Shown here: positions 10,819 to 19,873 of the stretch, in pieces
Layout: every line of letters begins with the position of its first letter
How positions within the stretch are numbered: position 1 is the stretch's first letter
Source: Thraustochytrium aureum
Taxonomy: Eukaryota
DNA: 63,508 nt
Direction: 5' to 3'
NCBI GenBank assembly: GCA_012862495.1
Contig: BLSG01000125.1
Location: forward strand, 11,646-75,153
Made by a program: the position numbers and the translations under genes
Notes under the pieces: generated by a model
Database searches by the model: none
What the model saw: only the letters and a program-made list of their open reading frames with translations
Told to the model about the DNA's origin: nothing

Positions 10819-12524
10819 ATGTCGTCCTGCACGCTGGGCTGGCGCGAGACATTCGACAACAAGTGGGACTTTTTGTTCGACCCGGACGACCAGCGCACGC
10901 GTGCGATACTCGATGAGGAGCGCGAAATTGAGGCCGCGGTGCTGCAGGAGATGGGCGTCGAACCCATGAGGCGAAAACTCCTCAAGTCTACGGTGAAGAT
11001 CCTGGGCGAGGCCGAGCGCCTCACAGCCGCAGCGAGCGAATCGGCCCAAGGACAGGGCGACCACCACCTCCACGAGATGGTCGTGGGGAGCTACGAGTAC
11101 GATCTTGGGAACGCGGATGTCTGCAGCTCGACGCCAGCGCCGGTCGTGCGGCACCATATTGAGTCAGGCAAGCGCCAAGAAGTCGCAAAGATTGGGGCCG
11201 TGGCTGCCAAGCTCGTCGGGCACAGTGCGCTTGAGTTTTACGCGCTCGACTCGCTGCGCGTGTCCAGCTGCGACTCCATGGTCGCCTTGACGGTCAAGCT
11301 CGCCGCCGCGGACGAGTGGGTCTCCGTCGCTGTCAAGGACATGACGAGCGGTGCGATCGTTGTCCCGCACGACCCTCTCAGCGCGCTGCGGCGCGTTCAC
11401 ACGGTGACCTGGTTTGGCCCTCCAGGGGAGGAGGCACTCTATGTGACTGAAATGAACGCGCTGGCGAGGCCGTGGCGGGTCTGGCGGTGCCGGTTGGACC
11501 GCACTCGCCAAATGTTTACGCCCCTTGAGCTCGTGTTGGAAGAGAGCGACGCGGCCTTTGCCCTCGACGTCTCCACGTCCAAGGACGCGTTGTGGCTGCT
11601 GATTAGCAGCAACTCGAAGACGACCTCCGAAGTGCAGTTTGCCTCGCGCAGCGCCCCCGATCGGCTCGAGTGCCTGCGGCCTCGCGAGGAGGGCGTGCAG
11701 TACTTTGCCGAGTTTGGGAGCAGCGGCCGAGACCGCGAAAAGCATGCAAGGATCTGGTTGGTTTCTAACGCTGGCATCCCAGACAGCAACTATGCGCTTT
11801 ACAGCGCACGCCCCGAGTCCCCCGACGTGTGGTCTTTGTTTGACACGCCTTTGAAGTGCAACGTGGAAGAGCTGGACGTCTTGAAGGAGCACGTTGTCGT
11901 GTTCCTGCGGTCGGTGGAGGACGGCTCGCAGCGCGTTCGCGTTGCTAGCCACAGTGGAGAGGTCCTCTTCGACCTCGAGCCGCACAAGCTTGGGCGCACT
12001 TTAGAGCCCGTCGCGAGCCCAACGCTTGACGCGCAGTCTGTGACGGTCTCCGTTGGGGCGCCACACATTCCGGATTCCCTTGTCTCTATACCCTTGACTG
12101 CGTCTCAGGAGCAGGCGGAGGCGCTGTTGGGCGCGCCGAAGCCATTGCGCGGGTTGGAGACCACAATGGCCTGGGTTGGCACGGTGCCAGTTACTTTGCT
12201 TCATGAAGTTGGCGCCCTGCCAGACCGGGCACGCCCGCTGCTTGTCACCTCGTACGGGGCGTATGGGCTGAGCCTTCCGACCCGCTTTGAGCCCGACGTC
12301 GCCGCCTTGGTGCGGAGCGGGTGGGTAGTGGCGTTCGCGCACGTGCGCGGTGGGGTCGAGCTCGGGCGCTCCTGGTACGCTCAAGGAAAGCTAAACAACA
12401 AAATCAACTCGGTCAATGATGTGATCGAGGTCGTCGAGGGCCTTCACGCCCAAGGCTGGAGTCGTCCGGACCTGACTGCCGCGCGAACGTGGAGCGCCGG
12501 AGCTGTAGCGCTCGCAGCGGCGGT
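10819..12524 (+). CDS. Prolyl oligopeptidase S9A family (oligopeptidase B/PREPL-like), 3' end in gap
   Basis: Propeller-region motifs RPWRVWR, EESDAAFALDVSTSKD, SNSKTTSEV. Catalytic-domain motifs PLLVTSYGAYG, GWVVAFAHVRGGVELGRSWYAQGK..KINSVND and the nucleophile elbow WSAG. Confidence 0.85.
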
Positions 12525-13106
12525 NNNNNNNNNNNNNNNNNNNNNNNNNNNNNNNNNNNNNNNNNNNNNNNNNNNNNNNNNNNNNNNNNNNNNNNNNNNN
12601 NNNNNNNNNNNNNNNNNNNNNNNNNNNNNNNNNNNNNNNNNNNNNNNNNNNNNNNNNNNNNNNNNNNNNNNNNNNNNNNNNNNNNNNNNNNNNNNNNNNN
12701 NNNNNNNNNNNNNNNNNNNNNNNNNNNNNNNNNNNNNNNNNNNNNNNNNNNNNNNNNNNNNNNNNNNNNNNNNNNNNNNNNNNNNNNNNNNNNNNNNNNN
12801 NNNNNNNNNNNNNNNNNNNNNNNNNNNNNNNNNNNNNNNNNNNNNNNNNNNNNNNNNNNNNNNNNNNNNNNNNNNNNNNNNNNNNNNNNNNNNNNNNNNN
12901 NNNNNNNNNNNNNNNNNNNNNNNNNNNNNNNNNNNNNNNNNNNNNNNNNNNNNNNNNNNNNNNNNNNNNNNNNNNNNNNNNNNNNNNNNNNNNNNNNNNN
13001 NNNNNNNNNNNNNNNNNNNNNNNNNNNNNNNNNNNNNNNNNNNNNNNNNNNNNNNNNNNNNNNNNNNNNNNNNNNNNNNNNNNNNNNNNNNNNNNNNNNN
13101 NNNNNG

Positions 13107-14099
13107 GATGGTGTTAACCACCGTGAGCCACGGCACAACGAGCAGTGCCTCGCCAACTGCCAGGGCGAGGTTGAGGCTGACAAGGGCGCCGACCGCTGCT
13201 GCGAAGAAAATGACGAGTATGACGTAGGTCGAGGGCGAGGCAAAGAGGTCGCGCGCCTGTGGGCTCCGAATTCCCTCGGGCGTGTTGGCGACGAGCTTGA
13301 TGAGCTCGACGATGCACTTGCCAAGCAGCACCGAGACGCTCCCACTTGTGGCCGAGATAATGGTCCAGGTCAGCGCGTGCACGGTGTGGCCGCGCCCGAC
13401 GGCGCGGACGCCGTGCATCACCGATAAAAGGAGCATTGTCGCGAGGGCGCTGCAGTAGACCAGGAACCAGGGTCGGCGAAAGTGGTCGAGGAAGACTGGT
13501 ATCGTCCACGGGTTGAACGCGGCTTGGTCGGCCGTGAGAGCCGCGCTGTTCGCCAGCACGACGAGCACGCTGCCCAAGATGATGAGCGCCGTTGACGAGA
13601 GGTCCCGGAGAGCGAACGGCTCGCCGAGCAGCACTGTCGAGAAGAACGCGTTTGAGACAAGCGAGAAGAGGCTGAGGACGGCCCAGACCACCTGCTGCAG
13701 GTAGCTGAGTGACACGAGGTTGAGGATCTGCCCTAGCACAAAGGTGAGCAGCCCCGCGAACCAGGTCAAGTTGGCGCGGCTCAGCACTTTGATCGAGGTC
13801 AGCCTGGTCTGGTTGAGGTCGTCCAGCATCGACTGGTTGCGCAGCCTCGCATACGCGCTGTGCCGCCGCGCGGGGTGCTGAAACGTCCCTCCTTCCGGAT
13901 CCGCGCCGTCGCCGCTAAACGCCGGCAGCGGGACATCCTCGTCGCCGGCGCTCGGCCCGCGCGGGGAGGCCACGCTAACGTCCGGCTCGTCCGTCGAGAC
14001 CACCGACTTGATCAAGATCAGCCCCAAGTTGGACAGCGTTGCAGAGGCAAAGCAGATGCCGATGCCCGCGGCGAGCGAGCTCGTCGACTGCGCGTCCAT
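13107..14099 (-). CDS. NIPA-type magnesium transporter (DMT superfamily), 3' end in gap
   Basis: Multi-TM protein with SNLGLILIK, WFAGLLTFVLGQILNLVSLSY..LSLFSLVSNAFFSTVLLGE, GSVSVLLGK, LNLALAVGEALLVVP (NIPA pattern). Confidence 0.8.
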
Positions 14100-14896
14100 C
14101 CTGCGCAGACCGCCGCCCAACAGCTCTGCAGAGCGCCGGGCACTTGGGCGCGAGTATCGTGAACAAAGAGTGATTCCTCCCATCGAGGCCTCGCCATGAA
14201 AACAACTTCAAGATCAAGATTGAACATCAATCTTCGAAGACGTTCGAGTCACCTGACCTCATCAGGAAGCAGTAGACTACTCGAGTGCGTCCCTGATGAT
14301 GAGCCTCGCATCGGGTGCACTACGTACCGCGAGGCGCGTTCATTTCTTAATGGTTGCCGAGCGACTCGACATCGGCCGAGTCCAACTCGACAAGGGCAGA
14401 GTCCACCTCGACATCCATCAGCGATGCTGGACGCCATCGCACAGCGCCGACCTCGATGGCGTCCAGCACGCCGTCGACGTGCTTTTCATTAATAAACGTT
14501 TTGGTCTGGCGGCAAGCCGCGGTGATGAGCGAGAAACGCGGCACGCCGCTCGTCCTTCCGTCGGGCTGGGCGCTGCGCTGATTTTGACAGACGCGACGGC
14601 GTCGGAATTGGCTGCGAGGGACAGCGTCGCTTGCTGGGCAGGCTGGCGGCAGGGAGGAGGGCAGCTTTGCAAATCAGGGTTTCGTTTTGGTACCAAGCTG
14701 ATGCGAACAGAGGACCTCGCGAGCGTCCATCGCCCGTGGTGTGAAGCTGAAAGGTCTGCGGAAGGGAACGCGCGCGCGGCAAGCAAGCAAGCAAGCACGC
14801 TCGCTCGCTCGCTCACGCGCATGCGAGAAAAGAAAGATCACGCTCGACCGGCCAGAAGCAGGCCTGCGTCAAGCGAGCGTCCAGCGAGCGGGCGCT

Positions 14897-16714
14897 CTAA
14901 CCAGTCTTCTGCTTCTTGGCGTCCGGCTGGCCGTTGGCGGCAGCCCCCTTGCCGCCCACGACGGCGGCCACGTCACTGTAGGCCGAGTTGTGCACACCGC
15001 TCACAGCGCGGCCAGAGTTGTCGCCGCCGACAGCAGAGGCCAGCCGCTTAAACTCCTCGTCCCACTCGATCGCCGCCGAGGTGGAGCAGGCAATGGACGG
15101 GCCGCCGAGCACGGTCGTGCGCGCCGACTCGCCCGGGAAGTGCTGCTCAAAGATGACGCGGTACCGGTACCCCTCCTTGGTGGCCGGCGTGTTGTAGCGG
15201 AAGCGGTTCTTGCGGTTGGCCCACTGGAGGTCGGAGACCTCAGTCTCGGCAGTGGCGCGGAGCTGGTCGATCCACGAGTAGCCCACGCCGTCGGAGAACT
15301 GCTCCTTTTGGCGCCAGAGCACCTCCTCGGGCAGGTACGGGTTTTCCGGGGTGTCGAAGGCCTTGCGCATGATGAACTTTTCGATTGAGCCGCGGTTCTC
15401 GTCGCCGGCGCGCACCTTGCACATCTTGTGCTCGGGATCAATGTTCATGACGTACTCGAGAAAGTCCTTGTCCAGGAACGGGACGCGGGGCTCGACGCCG
15501 AACGAGGACATGGCCTTGTTGGCGCGGAGGCAGTCAAAGTAGTGCAGGTTGTCAAGCTTGGTGACGGTCTCCTTCTGCATCTCGGCCGGGCTCGGGCACT
15601 TGTGGAAATAGAGGTAGCCGCCGAGCGCCTCGTCGGCGCCCTCGCCAGAGAGCACCATCTTGACGCCGAGCGCCTTAATCTTGCGCGCCATGAGGAACAT
15701 GGGCGTAGCAGCACGGATCGTGGTGATGTCGTACGTCTCCAGGTGGAAGATCACGTCGCTGATGGCGTCCAGGCCCTCCTGGACCGTGAAGGTGAAGCCG
15801 TGGTGGCTGGTGCCCAAGAAGGTGGCCACCTTTTGGGCGGCCGCGAGGTCGGGCGAGCCCTCGAGCCCGATGGAGAACGAGTGCATCTTGGGCCAGTCCT
15901 TCATCTCCTTGGCGTGGCGCGCCGCCACGGAGGAGACGAGCGACGAGTCGAGGCCGCCCGAGAGGAGCACGCCCCACGGCACGTCGCTCATCATGCGCTT
16001 GACCACGGCGCGCTCAAAGCGCTGGCGCAGCTCGATGAGCTCAAGCGGCTGCGAGGGGATGCGCGAGATGTCCTTCCAGAGGGGCATGTACCAGGGGGTG
16101 AGCTCGCGCGTGGCCGAGCTGAAGAAGTGGCCCGGCTTGAACAGCTCGAAGCGCTCGCAGAGGTCGATCAGGCCCTTCATCTCGCTGCAGATGACCGTGC
16201 CGCCGTCCGCGCGGTAGCCGATGTACAGCGGGACGATGCCCATGTGGTCGCGCGCGGCGAAGAATTGCCTGTTGGCCTTGTCGAAAAGCACAAAGGCGAA
16301 CATGCCGTCCAGCTTGTCCACCATTGCAGTGCCGTACTTTTGGAACAGCGGGAGGATCACCTCGCAGTCCGAGTGTGTCTTGAAGTTGTACGTGCCCTCG
16401 AACTCCTTGCGGATGTCCATGTGGTTGTAGATCTCGCCGTTCGCGGACAGCACCACGGTGTCGTCCTCGCTGTGCAGGGGCTGGGCGCCCGACTCGGGGT
16501 CGACAATGGCGAGGCGCTCGTGCGCGAGAATGGCCAGCGTGGTCTGCTCCCCGTTGGCGCCCTCGAGCGTGCCATGATCCTCAGAGACGTACGTGTACAC
16601 CCCAGACCAATCAGGACCCCTGTGCCTGATCACCTTCGCGCTCTTGAGCACCTCGGCGCGCGCCTCGGACTCGCTCAGCTCGCCCGCGTCGAACAGGGCC
16701 AGAATCCCGCACAT
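14897..16714 (-). CDS. asnB: Glutamine-dependent asparagine synthetase B
   Basis: MCGI start, IRHRGPDWSG, HERLAIVDP, NGEIYNH, LLSGGLDSSL, ETYDITTIRA, SGEGADE, RVPFLDK, WRQKEQFSDGVG; intact ORF. Confidence 0.97.
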   Translation of the reverse strand: MCGILALFDAGELSESEARAEVLKSAKVIRHRGPDWSGVYTYVSEDHGTLEGANGEQTTLAILAHERLAIVDPESGAQPLHSEDDTVVLSANGEIYNHMDIRKEFEGTYNFKTHSDCEVILPLFQKYGTAMVDKLDGMFAFVLFDKANRQFFAARDHMGIVPLYIGYRADGGTVICSEMKGLIDLCERFELFKPGHFFSSATRELTPWYMPLWKDISRIPSQPLELIELRQRFERAVVKRMMSDVPWGVLLSGGLDSSLVSSVAARHAKEMKDWPKMHSFSIGLEGSPDLAAAQKVATFLGTSHHGFTFTVQEGLDAISDVIFHLETYDITTIRAATPMFLMARKIKALGVKMVLSGEGADEALGGYLYFHKCPSPAEMQKETVTKLDNLHYFDCLRANKAMSSFGVEPRVPFLDKDFLEYVMNIDPEHKMCKVRAGDENRGSIEKFIMRKAFDTPENPYLPEEVLWRQKEQFSDGVGYSWIDQLRATAETEVSDLQWANRKNRFRYNTPATKEGYRYRVIFEQHFPGESARTTVLGGPSIACSTSAAIEWDEEFKRLASAVGGDNSGRAVSGVHNSAYSDVAAVVGGKGAAANGQPDAKKQKTG

Positions 16715-17241
16715 TTTCGCCCGAGCCTCCAATNNNNNNNNNNNNNNNNNNNNNNNNNNNNNNNNNNNNNNNNNNNNNNNNNNNNNNNNNNNNNNNNNNN
16801 NNNNNNNNNNNNNNNNNNNNNNNNNNNNNNNNNNNNNNNNNNNNNNNNNNNNNNNNNNNNNNNNNNNNNNNNNNNNNNNNNNNNNNNNNNNNNNNNNNNN
16901 NNNNNNNNNNNNNNNNNNNNNNNNNNNNNNNNNNNNNNNNNNNNNNNNNNNNNNNNNNNNNNNNNNNNNNNNNNNNNNNNNNNNNNNNNNNNNNNNNNNN
17001 NNNNNNNNNNNNNNNNNNNNNNNNNNNNNNNNNNNNNNNNNNNNNNNNNNNNNNNNNNNNNNNNNNNNNNNNNNNNNNNNNNNNNNNNNNNNNNNNNNNN
17101 NNNNNNNNNNNNNNNNNNNNNNNNNNNNNNNNNNNNNNNNNNNNNNNNNNACTGTGTCGTGTTAGGAGGCCAACGGACATGGTTCGATCATGCGGCACGG
17201 CACAGCCGCCAACTGCTTGAGGAGGTAGGTACTCTACTTCG

Positions 17242-17272
<31 letters not shown>
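17242..17272 (+). repeat. (CCTG)n microsatellite
   Basis: gctgcctgcctgcctgcctgcctgcctgcc seen directly. Confidence 0.9.
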
Positions 17273-17355
17273 CCTTCAAGAAACGGTCAACAAGCCAAGC
17301 CGTCCGGCGGCAGGCGGGCAGCGCTTGGCAAGCGCGAAAGAGCAGCGCCGCGGCA

Positions 17356-18950
17356 ATGGGCGCCGTAGCGAGCTCCGCACCGGTCGCCAAACAAGAGCTG
17401 CGCCAAGCGCAAAGGCACACCGCGGCACGGAGCAGAAGCGCGGCAACGTTGCCGACAGCTGACTCTGGTCGGCGGTCGCCGTGCTCGTGCTGTGCCAACA
17501 CACTGCAAGCGCCGAGCTCGTCGTGTTTGGAGAATCAACCAACCAAACCGAACCGCAAAACTCTGTTTGACAGCGTTGTCGTGTCGATCGGGAAATGGGG
17601 CGTCCAGGAGGTCAGTGTTGCAGGCCTCGCGGTTCAGCTGCTTCGAGAAGAAGATGTTCCGCAGTACTGCGAGTGCCAACGCGCGTTTCTGGAAAGGGGC
17701 GAGCCGCCCTGCCCGAGCCTACTGGAAAGGTACCGCGACTCGATCACAATTGTCGCCCCGGCCGCTTTCACGGCGCTATCTAGTTGCGGCAGCACGATGC
17801 CGGATCGGCTCTGGTTCCGCTGCAAGCAGCTGGGCGGAATCGTTGTCCTTGTCAAAGTCTACGGAGACGGCTTCGGCTTGCACTACTTTCGCAACGAAAG
17901 GAACAATTACGAAGACATATACGCGGTCGACCCGGGCGCTAAAAGCTGCGTGGAGCTGGAAGCGAGGGACTCCGCCCCCTGCAAGCGTGGGCCAGCGGCC
18001 ACCGCTTTGACGGCCAACGCACGCTCGGGAACCTCACCGTTCAACCGAACCCGTTCATGGTCGCTTACAGCAGCATTGCCGTTTTGATTGGCTTCAACGT
18101 GGTCCTCGCGGCTTCGTTCCTCGCGGTCTCAGGGCTCGCAGGGTACTACTTTGTCGTTCGACACACTTCGCGGGGCATCTTTGATTGGACCCATCGCGTT
18201 GTTCTCCTATCCACCTTCTTGACCATGACCGTCAACGGCTGCGTCATGGCAATCAACGGAGTAGGAAACACCAGGGTTTTGAACGCGCGGACCAGCCAGG
18301 CCTTTGTCAACGGCTTCTTCGGAACGTCCGTGGCAAACAACCTGTTCATCGCCTCGCTTTACTCGCGCCTCATCGGGGGCACGCCGGGTGAAATGGAGAG
18401 CTCAAAATCGGCCGTAACCGTTGCAGTCGAGGTATTCGCTCTTGTGATGATGTTGTCAGATATCGCCATCGTCGCTTTTTGGGCCAGCGTGGAGCTCGAC
18501 TCCTCCGTCGGGTCTGGCCTGATCTTCATTACCTTTAGTTTCTACGCTACTGTGCAGTTGTGCGCGACAGCATACCTCACTTTTGCAACTTGGCGGCTCG
18601 TCAGAGCGCTCCGCTCCACGGCGAAAGAGAGTGAGAGTTCGTCGGTGAACACAGCCTTCACGTCGCACATTCGGGAAGCCAAGCAAAAGCTCATGTCTGC
18701 GTTGGTGCAATGGGCGATTCTTCTTTGCATCGCAGCAGGCGTGCAGATTCTTTGCGGTGCCATTATACTGTTCGTTCAAGCTTTCGTCGAAAGTCCCGCT
18801 GTCAACCTGATGGTGTATTCGCTGACCTACAGCTCGAGGTTTCTTACGGCGCTCTGCCAATGCAAGTTTTGCAGCCCTCGCCCAACGCCCAAGGTAGTGG
18901 TGCCCTATGCAAACCTGAGCCCGAGCTCGAAGGCTGTCTCGGTATACTAG
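17356..18950 (+). CDS. Membrane protein with a soluble N-terminal domain and about 6-7 TM helices (receptor-like); two ORFs probably joined by an indel; start uncertain
   Basis: ORF 18057-18950 is strongly multi-TM and its frame is open back to about 17943. Removing one C from the run near 17975 joins it to ORF 17356-18087 (..ARDSAP-LQAWASGHRFDG..PNPFMVAYSS..). Confidence 0.55.
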
Positions 18951-19714
18951 AGCTCTTGAGCTAGCTCGAGCTAGTAGGGGCGTTGAAAGCTGACTGGGCC
19001 CCAGCAAATGCGCGAACCGCTCGATGTCCCACCAGTGCCAAACGCAAAGGACTTTTGAACTATTTGGGAGCCAGAAAGAGATCGTGTGAGGTTTGGTTGA
19101 CTCAATCCACCGCCCAGGTTGATCTGCGGCATCTGGCTACCTTCGATTCGCAGTCGAGCTCTGGCCCCCATGGGGCTGGCCTGGGCCCTCTCCAGCAAGC
19201 CGCCCTCGTGGGGCAGCGAGACGTCCCTGTTGGTGCTGCCTGGCCTAGGTTNNNNNNNNNNNNNNNNNNNNNNNNNNNNNNNNNNNNNNNNNNNNNNNNN
19301 NNNNNNNNNNNNNNNNNNNNNNNNNNNNNNNNNNNNNNNNNNNNNNNNNNNNNNNNNNNNNNNNNNNNNNNNNNNNNNNNNNNNNNNNNNNNNNNNNNNN
19401 NNNNNNNNNNNNNNNNNNNNNNNNNNNNNNNNNNNNNNNNNNNNNNNNNNNNNNNNNNNNNNNNNNNNNNNNNNNNNNNNNNNNNNNNNNNNNNNNNNNN
19501 NNNNNNNNNNNNNNNNNNNNNNNNNNNNNNNNNNNNNNNNNNNNNNNNNNNNNNNNNNNNNNNNNNNNNNNNNNNNNNNNNNNNNNNNNNNNNNNNNNNN
19601 NNNNNNNNNNNNNNNNNNNNNNNNNNNNNNNNNNNNNNNNNNNNNNNNNNNNNNNNNNNNNNNNNNNNNNNNNNNNNNNNNNNNNNNNNNNNNNNNNNNN
19701 NNNNNNNNNNNNNN

Positions 19715-19870
19715 CATTTGGTGGCTTTCCCCGAACAAGGTCTAGCGACTCTTCGTATTTGCCCTACGCGCGGGTTTCCTGAACGCAAGCGCCTGCTCGT
19801 AGAACGGCAACGCCTCGTCGAACTTTTTTCTTTGACGTGGCAGCCGTTGTTGTAAACAGTAAGGTGCTCT
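19715..19870 (-). pseudogene. Degenerate TPR-repeat fragment (kinesin-light-chain-like TPR)
   Basis: Across shifting frames the minus strand reads STLTVYNN..KKFDEALPFYEQALAFRK..GKYEESLDL. No intact ORF; abuts a gap. Confidence 0.4.
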
Positions 19871-19873
19871 ACT

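Noticed and set aside
9397..13227. Long ORFs bridging gaps (e.g. M20 to S9 peptidase, 27191-29356, 41885-43624)
   Set aside because: Artefacts of translating N runs. The S9 gene has its own plausible ATG and the 907-N gap can hold the end of the M20 domain.
15428..17368. Long antisense ORFs over asnB and other genes
   Set aside because: Shadow ORFs expected from high GC3 codon bias, with no family motifs
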